DNA of 63,451 bases, the filler included, from Octopus bimaculoides (taxonomy: Eukaryota): the NCBI RefSeq assembly GCF_001194135.2. It is 5 parts of 5 records of this genome, joined end to end, with 100 filler letters (N's around TTAATTAATTAA, not from the genome) between each part and the next. Parts side by side here need not be neighbours in the genome. Positions count along the whole stretch, not along the records: positions 21,548 to 45,775 come from NC_068996.1; positions 45,876 to 61,729 come from NC_069003.1; 3 more parts are not named here. The stretch is one strand, 5' to 3'. The translations under genes and the position numbers were made by a program. Below are positions 36,833-48,184 of the stretch, in pieces. How positions within the stretch are numbered: the stretch's first letter is position 1; each line of letters begins with the position of its first letter. Below the pieces are notes generated by a model. That model saw nothing but the letters and a program-made list of their open reading frames with translations, was not told the DNA's origin and ran no database searches.

Positions 36833-37225
36833 GCGGAGGTGCAATGGCCCAGTGGTTAGGGCAGCGGACTCGCGGTCATAGGATCGCGGTTTCGATTCCC
36901 AGACCAGGCATTGTGAGTGTTTGTTGAGCAAAAACACCTAAAGCTCTACGAGGCTCCGGCAGGGGATGGTGGCGAACCCTGCTGTACTCTTTCACCACAA
37001 TTTTCTCTCACTCTTACTTCCTGTTTCTGTTGAGTCTGTAATTCAAAGGGTCAGCCTTGTCACACTGTGTCACGCTGAATATCCCCGAGAACTACGTTAA
37101 GGGTACACGTGTCTGTGGAGTGCTCAGCCACTTGCACGTTAACTTCACGGGCAGGCTGTTCCGTTGATCGGATCAACTGGAACCCTCGACGATGTAAGCA
37201 ACGGAGTGCCAACAACAACAACAAC
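36833..37225 (+). mobile_element. tRNA-derived SINE family A, full length
   Basis: A box TGGCCCAGTGG, B-box-like GGTTTCGATTCCC, (AAC)n tail. Confidence 0.93.
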
Positions 37226-37292
37226 CCACACACACACACACACACAAAAAAAAAAAAAGCTAGTCCTGGTTATATGTTACAAACTTCCTGTT

Positions 37293-37662
37293 CTAACCTT
37301 TTTGATACCAACCTGCCTGAGACTGAACCTGGTTTTATAACACAAACTTCCTGTTTTAAGGTGATCTAAAAATCTGCCATCAAAATTTGTGCTAATTTTT
37401 GTTCAAAGCACCAGATCAATAATGATAAATTTCTTCATTACTTTCAAATTTAATTGAAAGGAAGGAAGTGTATTTCAATAGAAATATGGTAACGAAAGTG
37501 TTAAAGTGATCTAAATTGAAACTTTATATCAAAATTCCATGTTAATTTATGTCCCAAACAGCAACTTAATAACAACAAAAATTATTTTATTAAATTTTTC
37601 ATTATTTTCAATTGTTAAAAAGCTAATGTATTTCAACAGAAATACGGTAACAAAAAGGTTAA
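37293..37662. mobile_element. piggyBac-like MITE with duplicated right half
   Basis: CCTTTTTGATACCAACC start. The right end GTATTTCAA.AGAAATA.GGTAAC.AAA..GTTAA occurs twice (ending ~37504 and 37662). Confidence 0.6.
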
Positions 37663-38412
37663 TTTTATCCAGTTTGGCTTCTGAAAAAGCCAGACATATT
37701 AAAACAAAATGAGTATGACGTTGTTGGAAAATATTTTCGAAATCTCTGTTAACGGTGTTAATAGCCAGCAGGTTACACGGGGATATGTGGGATCTGGAAG
37801 GTTAGTTTGAGGTGAAGAGTGATATCATTTGAATATTGGTGCGTGTTGTTGGAGGTGAAGAGAAAATAGGTCTTTGATATATTGGAGGATGAGTACGACA
37901 CACCCAACTTGATAATGGAATTCAGAGAAAGCTCCATTAGTCCATGTTACAATGTGATCTGACAGAAAACTTCTAATTTATCAGAGAGAGGGTTGGTACC
38001 CATAGTTAAATAGTTTAACACAAATCTAGACAGACACAGCTAAATAAATGCAGTTTCATTGGTGATAGAAAATTCAACAACATTGTTTATATGAAGGGTG
38101 AGTGTGTGTGAGGTAGGTGTCTACTAATGTGTGATACAGCCTAGCCATAAGATGTCTTCCTAAGATGACATACATTGATACCCAAACTGCACAGTTACAA
38201 AGAAAACCACCCAAATATACAGCTATGACTGTATCCTATTCTTAGACCCTAAAATTACCACAGTAGGGGAGCTTGTGTCATAACTCAGACCAACAGATAC
38301 TTCTGCATCTAGCACTACAAACCAATGAAATGATTTAAAAAGAAAATCCCATAGTTTAAGTGAAGCACAGAGGCATCCTTTGCATTTCATGGTTTAGATT
38401 AGTGAATCTAAA

Positions 38413-38652
38413 CCAGGGTCTATGTGACCTTTGGGGGTCCATATAAGAATTTTGTTGTTAAAATTTGAGTAATAAATTGGTTATACATCTACTATACACA
38501 AAATATTTTAACAATTTTTTTATATAACTCCTAATGATATTTGATTATAAAAATATATGATTTTTTTAAAACACTGATTCAATATGTGTGTCCATCCAAA
38601 TAAAATAGAAATTAATGGGGTCCATAAGTAGAAAAAATGTTGAGAACCATTG
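38413..38652. mobile_element. hAT/Charlie-like MITE, left end eroded
   Basis: Right TIR GTTGAGAACCATTG, subterminal GGGGTCCAT motifs, and TCTAAA/TTTAGA-type flanks. Confidence 0.6.
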
Positions 38653-38829
38653 GTTTAGATGATGGTTCTACAGGATTAAGGCACTGATAAGAGCTGAGCA
38701 GTTTGTAAGCATGGCTAAATTTTTCTCAAGCTTTCATCTTTTGTATCTCAGCTGCTGCAGTACATCTGGATGTAAACCATTTACAGGATTCAGAATTATA
38801 AGTTAATATTACATATATAAGCATTCTAT

Positions 38830-39455
38830 AGGGGATTAGTGGAGAGGAAGTACGACCTCAATCTCAGGGTGAACCTGGGTGTTGATGAGGAATACCTGAC
38901 CTGCTTGTTCAAGACGACTTTCAGGCTGGGACCTATGGACAACTTCCAGAGACCCCTGGCCTGGCAGTGCTATTGAGAAGTGCTACCCATTTGGGATAAG
39001 CTCTACAGGTATGGCTCGAGAAGCATGGGGTCGACCCGCCTGAGATATGGTCAGAGCAACAAAACCATTCTGCACGCACTCGTACAGTGTCCAACCATTT
39101 CCGACCAGTGGGCCTATGTCGAACAACTGCTATCGCAGGTGAGACAAGTTAGTTTATCAGCTGAGTCTATCATCAATATTATCGTGCCTCCTTTCTTCAA
39201 ATGGGAAGGAAGAGCCATTTTCATCGTACTTGTGGCTATGGCAAAAGAGTGTGTATGGTGGACATGTCTGAAAGGTCTAGAGACAAACACTTTCCTCTCT
39301 CAACTTCTTCAAGTATCACTTGAAGAGGAAGGTGAGAGTAGAGAGGGAAGTTTTGTCTAGCGAATATTTCAACAACAGATGGATGAATGTAGCAAGGATG
39401 GCACGTGTGAATGACGGAGCCAGCTTCAGCATAACCCTATGAACCAGAAAAAAAA
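38830..39455 (+). mobile_element. 3' end of an L1/Tx1-clade LINE (C-terminal Cys/His region) with A tail
   Basis: LPIWDKLYRYG...KTILHALVQCP...WAYVEQLL...AKECVWW resembles the zf-RVT region; ends in an A run near 39447. Confidence 0.75.
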
Positions 39456-39488
39456 AGGTAAATGCAATGTGTTTTTTTGCATGACATC

Positions 39489-39528
39489 ATTCCTAACAGT
39501 GTATATATATATATACACTGTTAGGAAT
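39489..39528. repeat. Perfect 40-bp palindrome centred on (TA)n
   Basis: ATTCCTAACAGTGTATATAT|ATATATACACTGTTAGGAAT. Confidence 0.95.
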
Positions 39529-39919
39529 ACATGAATTTTCTTGATGCTTTAATGTGGGTTCAGTAAGATGCAGCTACACAAAAGGCCATAAAAATGGAAT
39601 GAGTCTAGCCATTTAATATGGCACGTTCTTCCCCTATCATGACTGGACTTGAGGAAGTATTGTTTAATATGTGGAGGTGTGACAGAAGTTTAAACAAAGC
39701 AGAACTTAGACAGACCAAGAGGTAAGGAACAAAGCTAGTTTGGTAAAGGATGCATTAGGAAGTGAAAAAGAGATCAAAGCTTTTTGGAGTGTCAGATGTT
39801 TCAACTAGTTTCAATGACACTAATTCCTGTAAAGTGAGACTTGAGGATTGTAAAGGATTCGCTTTCTGCATCAGCAACTTTAGTGTAGGCTGAGTTGTGA
39901 ACCAAGAAGAGTTAATAAA

Positions 39920-40151
39920 GGCGGCGAACTGGCAGAAACGTTAGCACATCGGGTGAAATGCTTAGCGGTATTTCGTCTGCCGTTACGTTCTGAGTTCAAA
40001 TTCCGCCAAGGTCGACTTTGCCTTTCATCCTTTCGGGGTGGATAAATTAAGTATCAGTTACGCACACTGGGGTCGATCTAATCGACTTAATCCCTTTGTC
40101 TGTCCTTGTTTGTCCCCTCTATATTTAGCCCCTTGTGGGCAATAAACAAAT
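39920..40151 (+). mobile_element. tRNA-derived SINE family C, full length
   Basis: Head GGCGGCGAACTGGCAGAAACGTTAGC, B box GAGTTCAAATTCC. 13-bp TSD AAGAGTTAATAAA at 39907-39919 and 40152-40164. Confidence 0.92.
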
Positions 40152-40435
40152 AAGAGTTAATAAAATAACCAATATTTTCTTGCTTATTGGACATTATCGT
40201 TGTTGATCTTGTTATTTAACTCAAAGCCAGCCACAAGTAAGCAAATCTATGGCCAAAATAGATTCCAACCATAATCATTTAGAATTACATTATCTGATAT
40301 CATCTCCTTTTTTTAAGACAGTAACACATAATTTGAGCATGATTTGACTGCTATTTCTAGCAAGTTCAGAGGCCACACACACACACACGGAACAAACAAG
40401 CATACTCATAAATACACATACACAAGGATGTATAA

Positions 40436-40475
<40 letters not shown>

Positions 40476-40808
40476 ATGCACATGCGTGTGCATGTTGCCA
40501 TCATAGAAAAACAATGTCATGAGTTTACAATCAGCCTTGAAACCATGGCCAGCAACCATGCTGCTTAGTGTTTGAAGAACTAAGGAGAAAATTACGTTTC
40601 TAGGAAACTAGTAAGTGAGGGTTGCTAACAAGAATAACATCCAGTCATAGAAATCATAATCTCATTTAACCCATTGGAAACAGAAAAGTCGACATTAAAA
40701 TAATTGCGATAATGGTGATGATGTATATGTGTATGTGTGAGAGTGTATATGTGTATCTGTGTTTGTACGTGATATCAGTCTTATACATGACTCTCTCTGA
40801 GAAAATGG

Positions 40809-41027
40809 TTTACTCTTTTACTTGTTTCAGTCATTTGACTGCGGCCATGCTGGAGCACTGCCTTTAGTCGAGCAAATCGACCCCAGGACTTATTCTTTGT
40901 AAGCCTAGTACTTTATTCTATCGGTCCCTTTTGCCGAACCACTAAGTTACGGGGACGTAAACACACCAGCATCGGTTGTCAAGCGATGTTGGGGGGGACA
41001 AACACAGACACACAAACATATACACAC

Positions 41028-41064
<37 letters not shown>

Positions 41065-41260
41065 NNNNNNNNNNNNNNNNNNNNNNNNNNNNNNNNNNNN
41101 NNNNNNNNNNNNNNNNNNNNNNNNNNNNNNNNNNNNNNNNNNNNNNNNNNNNNNNNNNNNNNNNNNNNNNNNNNNNNNNNNNNNNNNNNNNNNNNNNNNN
41201 NNNNNNNNNNNNNNNNNNNNNNNNNNNNNNNNNNNNNNNNNNNNNNNNNNNNNNNNNNNN

Positions 41261-41291
<31 letters not shown>

Positions 41292-41500
41292 TATACGACA
41301 GGCTTCTTTCAGTTTCTGTTTACCAAATCCACTCACAAAGCTTTGGTCGGCCTGAGGCTATAGTAGAAGACACTTGCCCAAGGTGCCACGCAGTGGGACT
41401 GAACCTAGAACCATGTGGTTAGTAAGCAAGCTACTTACCACACAGCCACTCCTGCGCCTACACAGCCACTTCTGCGCCTGTGCAGCCATTCTTGCGCCTA
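40809..41500 (-). mobile_element. tRNA-derived SINE family B with triplicated first 20 nt
   Basis: Reverse complement of the 26409 copy. CACAGCCACTCCTGCGCCTA-like unit three times at 41441-41500. Confidence 0.9.
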
Positions 41501-41564
41501 TATTTATATTTATGTCCCATAACTTTCTTATTTGTAACTCTATAATAACTTTGTATTAAAAAAA

Positions 41565-41880
41565 CTGGCACTCTGTCAGTTATGACGACGAGGGTGCCAG
41601 TCGGTTCAATCAACGAAACAGCCTTCTCATGAACTTAATGTGCATGTGGCTGAGTGCTCCTCAGATACACATAATCTAAATGTAGTTCTCCGAGAGACTC
41701 AGTGTGACACAAAATGTGCCAAGGCTGGCCCTTTGAAGTATAGGTATTACTCATTTTTGCTAGCTGAGTAGATTGGAACAGTGTGAAAATAAAGTGTCTG
41801 GCTCAAGGACGCAATGTGCCACTGAGTTTTGAAATCATGACCTTATGTTCATGAGCCAAATACCCTAACCATTAAGCCAT
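41565..41880 (-). mobile_element. Old, diverged relative of SINE family A
   Basis: GGCACTCTGTC...GACGAGGGTGCCAG...AAGGCTGGCCCTTTGAA shared with family A; the head differs. Confidence 0.65.
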
Positions 41881-42246
41881 GCATCATCACAGGGCAACAT
41901 ATCTAGGGTGAGAATGTCTGGTGGCCCCCATCCCTCTCCAGGTCAAATTCATTTCTAGAGCTGAGTGGAGTGGAGCAACCTGAAATGAAGAGACTTGTTC
42001 AAGAATACAACACACAACCCAGTCAAGAGATCAAAACCACAATCTTACAGTCGTGAATCCAGCATCCTAACCACTAAGCCATGCACCTCCACTAGTGGCA
42101 CTCATTTCTACAGATGAGTGAACGGGAGCAATGTGAAGTGAAATGTTTTGCTCAGGAACACAACACGTCACCCGGTCCAGGAATCGAAACCACAGTCTTA
42201 CAATCATGAGTACTACACTCTAACCACTAATCCACACATCTCTGCA

Positions 42247-42277
<31 letters not shown>

Positions 42278-43984
42278 NNNNNNNNNNNNNNNNNNNNNNN
42301 NNNNNNNNNNNNNNNNNNNNNNNNNNNNNNNNNNNNNNNNNNNNNNNNNNNNNNNNNNNNNNNNNNNNNNNNNNNNNNNNNNNNNNNNNNNNNNNNNNNN
42401 NNNNNNNNNNNNNNNNNNNNNNNNNNNNNNNNNNNNNNNNNNNNNNNNNNNNNNNNNNNNNNNNNNNNNNNNNNNNNNNNNNNNNNNNNNNNNNNNNNNN
42501 NNNNNNNNNNNNNNNNNNNNNNNNNNNNNNNNNNNNNNNNNNNNNNNNNNNNNNNNNNNNNNNNNNNNNNNNNNNNNNNNNNNNNNNNNNNNNNNNNNNN
42601 NNNNNNNNNNNNNNNNNNNNNNNNNNNNNNNNNNNNNNNNNNNNNNNNNNNNNNNNNNNNNNNNNNNNNNNNNNNNNNNNNNNNNNNNNNNNNNNNNNNN
42701 NNNNNNNNNNNNNNNNNNNNNNNNNNNNNNNNNNNNNNNNNNNNNNNNNNNNNNNNNNNNNNNNNNNNNNNNNNNNNNNNNNNNNNNNNNNNNNNNNNNN
42801 NNNNNNNNNNNNNNNNNNNNNNNNNNNNNNNNNNNNNNNNNNNNNNNNNNNNNNNNNNNNNNNNNNNNNNNNNNNNNNNNNNNNNNNNNNNNNNNNNNNN
42901 NNNNNNNNNNNNNNNNNNNNNNNNNNNNNNNNNNNNNNNNNNNNNNNNNNNNNNNNNNNNNNNNNNNNNNNNNNNNNNNNNNNNNNNNNNNNNNNNNNNN
43001 NNNNNNNNNNNNNNNNNNNNNNNNNNNNNNNNNNNNNNNNNNNNNNNNNNNNNNNNNNNNNNNNNNNNNNNNNNNNNNNNNNNNNNNNNNNNNNNNNNNN
43101 NNNNNNNNNNNNNNNNNNNNNNNNNNNNNNNNNNNNNNNNNNNNNNNNNNNNNNNNNNNNNNNNNNNNNNNNNNNNNNNNNNNNNNNNNNNNNNNNNNNN
43201 NNNNNNNNNNNNNNNCAACAAAAAAATTAAAATAAAGATAAGATAGAAAAAAAAACAAATATTATAATGGAACATTTTCTCCCTTCAAGATATTAATTTA
43301 TGTAATTAGATTTCAGCTGAGATTTTAATTTAACATAAATATGAGAACATTAATTAAAAAAAAATGCAACCAATTTTCGGTGGGTTGGTTAATGTGGGAG
43401 TAGAAATGTTGTTTTGAATAGAATGGGTTAAGTTAATAATAATAAGATTGAAAAATAAAATCAACTGGTTAACAAGTAAAGAACAGATTATTATTTTTTA
43501 ATTAAAACATTGTGGTGGTGATTGTAAGTGAGTGTGTATGTATACATGCTGCTTGTTTCTTTGAGCTTAAACATGAAAGTGAGTGTACATATGTGTGGGT
43601 GTGTGTGTGCATGTGCGTGCATGTGTGTGTGAAAGCATAAGCTCTTCTGTGTAAGTGTGTATGCAGAAGGTTGGTTTAATGCTTCTACATACATGTAAAA
43701 TGTGTGCGTGTTTGGAGGGTGGGTTGGTTAGTTCTTCTGTATATAAAATCTGGTACAGACCAAGGAATGAAAACAAGTTTGTTTATAGGTTATATAATAA
43801 TAACATTGTCACAAGATTACAAATTTTGTGAAGGAGTGTGACACAAGATCCCTGTTCCAGTTAATGGAATTAATGCAATCTACATTATTGACAGAGTCGA
43901 CATTCTAAAAGGAAGAGTCTATCTAGTTGCTTGACCTACAAGAAGATATAACAACCAAATCTCTCCATATTACATCCTTTCTTT

Positions 43985-44705
43985 TCTCACTGAGCACTGG
44001 GTCTCATGCAGGCAATGACAAGTGACCAAAATCTTTGGTGATATTCCATGCTTGAGAAGATCCATCAAGCCAAGTGAAATTGTAGTCATGGCTGATGCCA
44101 GTGTCATGTAACTGGGACCAGTCCCAGAGGCACATAAAAAGCACCCTTCAAACATTGGGCAATATGCTGTGTTTCAGAAGACCCATCAAGCCAAGCGAAA
44201 TTGTAGTCATGGCTGATGCCAGTGTCATGTAACTGGGACCAGTCCCAGAGGCACATAAAAAGCACCCTTCAAACATTGGGCAATATGCTGTGTTTCAGAA
44301 GACTCATCAAGCCAAGCGAAATTGTAGTCACGACTAGTACCAGTGTCACATAACTGGCACCCATGCTGCTGGCACATAAAAAGCACCCTTTGAACTTTGG
44401 GCCTCACAGAGGCAGTGACAAGTGACCAAGACTTTTGGCAATATCTATGCTTAAAAAGACCTGAGAAGCCAAGTGAGATCATAGTCACAGCCAATACTGT
44501 TTTTTTTTTTTTGTAACTGACACTTGTGCTGGTGCCACATAAAAAGCACCCACTACACTCTCGGAGTGGTTAGCATTAGGAAGGGCATCCAGCTGTAGAA
44601 ACCAGGCCAAATCAGACTGGAACCTGGTGCAACTCTTCAGCTTACCAGTTCCAGTCAAACTGTCCAACCCATGCCAGCATGGAAAACAGATGTAAGATGA
44701 TGATG
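43985..44705 (+). mobile_element. Family D repeat with internal 121-bp tandem units
   Basis: CCATCAAGCCAAG.GAAATTGTAGTCA at 44062, 44183 and ~44304; RTE-type tail ending GATGATGATGAC. Confidence 0.8.
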
Positions 44706-45129
44706 ACTTGTAGACAAGTATTGGTGATCATGGACCTTCAAGCCTAAGTCTGAAGGCCCATGATACTTTGATAAGAAAGATACAACAGAAGTTTCCGGTT
44801 GTCATCTGTTGATATGTCTGTAATTTACTCTGTTAGTTTCCTTCATTCCCAAACATCAACAATAAATAACAACTACAACTATGGTACCAGTGGTACCCAA
44901 TGTACTTGCTCTTCCAGTGGTGCATCTGTCAAATTTGCAAGCTGGATTTTTGGGTTGCAGGCAGAGGTATTACTTTGCCTGCTGGAACATTAGGGCTGAC
45001 CACCAAATGTGTACAGCATCCATGAAAGATGTGGTAAATTCAGTGGTCGGAGCCAGCTCAAGCTACTCTGGGTGGATGCCACCACAAGTACAAGTAAGTA
45101 ATTAATATTAAATAGAAATTGAAATAGAA

Positions 45130-45503
45130 ATTGGCAAAATGTGAAACCTCAAGACTAAAACAATACCTGTTGTCATAGATGCCCTAGGAATGACAGCAAA
45201 AGGAGCTGATTCCTACCGAGCTCAGATACCAAGAAACCCCAAAATGGCAGAAATTCAAAAGATAGTGCTCTTGGGAACTGCCCATATCCTAAGCAAAATA
45301 CCGTCTTTATAATCTCAAATTTTAAAACAAACTCATAATTTTCTCATGTTTTTTTTTAAACATTTTCCAGAACAATACTATGTACAAAACCAACCCTAGG
45401 CATAACACCAACTTGAACTTCTAACCTGCTGTCTCTGGGCTGAGGTCTCTGGGTGAGACTTAGAATCAACTTGTATAAATGCAAAGCAAAAGTCAATCAT
45501 ATC

Positions 45504-45558
<55 letters not shown>

Positions 45559-45585
45559 TAATAATAATAAAAATAATAATAATAA
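45130..45585 (+). mobile_element. 3' end of an R4/Dong-like element with (AAT)n tail
   Basis: KTIPVVIDALGM...EIQKIVLLGTAHILSK*, then 3' UTR and (AAT)n at ~45503-45585. Confidence 0.85.
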
Positions 45586-45775
45586 CCTTAAATTTGACAA
45601 GAGTATCAAACCTACAAAGACCCAAAAACTAAAGAAAAAATATAACATGAAAACCATAGTTGACATTGATGCCACCATAGAAACCATCAAGCAAAAGGTA
45701 TGTGCTAAAGCTGCCCGCATAGCAAGGTATGAAAAGCGTGTTAAATTCTTCCGAGATAATAACATGTTCAAAAAT
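45586..45775 (+). mobile_element. 5'-truncated second R4/Dong-like copy starting at the (AAT)n tract
   Basis: IETIKQKVCAKAARIARYEKRVKFFRDNNMFKN resembles the pre-RT KQKL.A.A.R..RY..R.....N..F motif. Confidence 0.7.
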
Positions 45776-45875
45776 NNNNNNNNNNNNNNNNNNNNNNNNN
45801 NNNNNNNNNNNNNNNNNNNTTAATTAATTAANNNNNNNNNNNNNNNNNNNNNNNNNNNNNNNNNNNNNNNNNNNN
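45776..45875. other. Artificial scaffold-join spacer
   Basis: 44 N + TTAATTAATTAA + 44 N. Confidence 0.95.
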
Positions 45876-45915
<40 letters not shown>

Positions 45916-45920
45916 ACACA

Positions 45921-45955
<35 letters not shown>

Positions 45956-47843
45956 CTGCCCATACGCTGGTACTGCACCAGATAGGCCGATGAAACTTGA
46001 GCAAGGGAAATAGTGGTGAATCTTTCGTCGGCGCCTCGTCATCCTTGTGTGACTCATTACAAACTCAAGCGCCGAGCTGACACAAATCGCTTTGTGATCC
46101 ATAGAAACATGCAATTCTTGATAACACCAGTGCCAAAATTTACCCGGAGTTGTAATCAACAGAAGGATTGGAAAGAGAGAGAAAAAGTGATAAGGCCGAC
46201 TGTGCAGCGCACAAAATTCAAGTGTTATAGATACGCCGACCAGCATCACTTGATGATTTCCTGAGTATTTGTGTGAGAGTTATTTAACGATGGAAACGCA
46301 ATATTAACTCTTGTTAATATATTAACTCTTTCCCTGAGAAATTAAATTTCATGTTTTGTATTCCAGCAATGGAATATGACCTTCCGCAGACAAGAGAAAC
46401 GATTATTATTATTATTATTTTTATTGTTGTCGTCAGTGATGTTATTTTTTTTGCCACGTGACATCACTAACGCAGCTCTCGGAAGAACTAGTTCCTTGTC
46501 AAGTTCATTTGATGAAATATTCTTTTAGCTTGGTTATTAAGCAGAAGAATATTCTAACGTCTACGCTGTTAGTCTTTGGGTAGAAAAAATAAGGATTGTA
46601 GGGAGATGTTTGTGTATAACACATTTTGTAATTATTCGCTTACATGCGTTGCAATACGGCTTCTTTGTTTGGTGTACCGTGCCTTTAAGGATTCTGTATA
46701 TATTCTCCAAGATTTCATAAATAAAATTATGATTTTGACGAATAGTAATAAAGAAAATGCTAATACTTTTAGAAGTAAATATGGAAATTTGTACTTTGTG
46801 GGGGAAAAATTGAGTGTTTTACAAACGACCACCAACGGCAATGACTACTTCAAAGGCAGCACAACTTTTGCTAATGTTTTCTATAAAAAAAAAAAAAGAA
46901 ATTCTCAGAAAGTCTCACAAAGAATATGAGAAAGGTGTACCACGAGATATTTCGTCTTCTTACCTGATGATTTCGTAGAAAGGTTTAAGAGTTAAATGAC
47001 ATACCCCTGCCAATTAAAAAGCTGAGGACTTTTCAATGTACCTTAGATGTGCAGGTGAAAGCAAGCAAGCTTGGTGAATGCATGGAATATTGTGGTTTCT
47101 CTCTCGAAGAGTAGGTGGGTTTATATTCCTGGTCCTTTGAAGTCGAAGATAAGGTGACAGAACCAGCAGATGTACTTCACATCTTTCCATGGGTTCATAT
47201 TGAAAGAACAGAAAGGTAGAGGGTGAAAGAACAGAAAGGTAGCAGCGAAGGATATGGGCGTTCATATCTAACCTTGAATCAACACCAAATTGTACTGGCA
47301 AGCTGTAAACGCCGATGGAATTAAAACCTGCCTGCAGTTGGGTAGGGCCAACATGGATATGCAAAGACTAATGAAGCGGTTACATATTTAGTAGTTATAA
47401 ATAAATAATAGGGCAGGTATTCCGCTGAGATAGCTGACCTGGCAAAATATATTTTTATTTTGCTAAAATAGCTTGAAACCATGGTACGGAAAATAGATTG
47501 GTAAATGGTTTTATTTTTCATTCCCTTTCGAAATTATCCCTATTTTTGTGGTATAGAGTTTTTTGCTGCTCTTTCTAGCGGGTTAGATGTCCTATTATAG
47601 GCATCTCTGTATTTTAAATGAATAATATTTAGTAGTTATAGGTAAAGCAGAGTAAAACAGTTTTGTAACAAATAAAAGAAATATAAAATATATACGAAAA
47701 TGAATATTTTATAATTATATTATAAATTAACTATCAACAAAAATAATTGGTAAGCTAACTCAAAAAATCATTACCAAAATAGCAGAAAAAACGACAGTGA
47801 AGGTATGCAGACTCTTCAAGAATCGATCCTTTTGGTTATATTA

Positions 47844-47953
47844 ATAATAATAAAGGAGATACGACGCAAAAACGTATATATTCAAATGAACATATTTATC
47901 TTCATGTTCATTTGCATATATACGTTTTTGCGTCGTAACTCCTTTATTATTAT
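47844..47953. repeat. Near-perfect inverted repeat, ~49-bp arms and 12-nt loop
   Basis: ATAATAATAAAGGAG.TACGACGCAAAAACGTATAT...AAATGAACA versus its reverse complement. Confidence 0.92.
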
Positions 47954-47956
47954 TTT

Positions 47957-48184
47957 ATAATTATATACATAATTATAACAAGGGCTTGGCTTGTGCCTCA
48001 CACTGAAAAATAGACTTCAAAAGACACTATTACCACCATAAATTCTCCGAGGAGACACTTTCCCAAGGTGCCACGCAGTGGGACTGAACCTGGAACCATG
48101 TGGTAATAGTGTCCTTTGCCGTCTATTTTTCAGTGCGTGGTGAGGCACAAACCAAGCCCTTGTTATAATTATGTATATAATTAT
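47957..48184. repeat. Inverted repeat, ~80-bp arms, with a SINE-B head fragment in the loop
   Basis: ATAATTATATACATAATTATAACAAGGGCTTGG.TTGTGCCTCAC...GACACTATTACCAC versus its reverse complement. The loop holds CCCAAGGTGCCACGCAGTGGGACTGAACC. Confidence 0.92.

Noticed and set aside
44040-44460. Regularly spaced repeats as a CRISPR array
   Set aside because: The intervening sequences are also duplicated, the context is a eukaryotic retro-repeat, and there are no cas genes.
46632-46841. Hydrophobic ORF as the GALNT type II membrane anchor
   Set aside because: No ATG before the hydrophobic stretch, an in-frame TAG upstream, and AT-rich DNA readily gives such residues.
47014-47364. 116-aa minus-strand ORF
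   Set aside because: No recognisable motif or convincing splice context.
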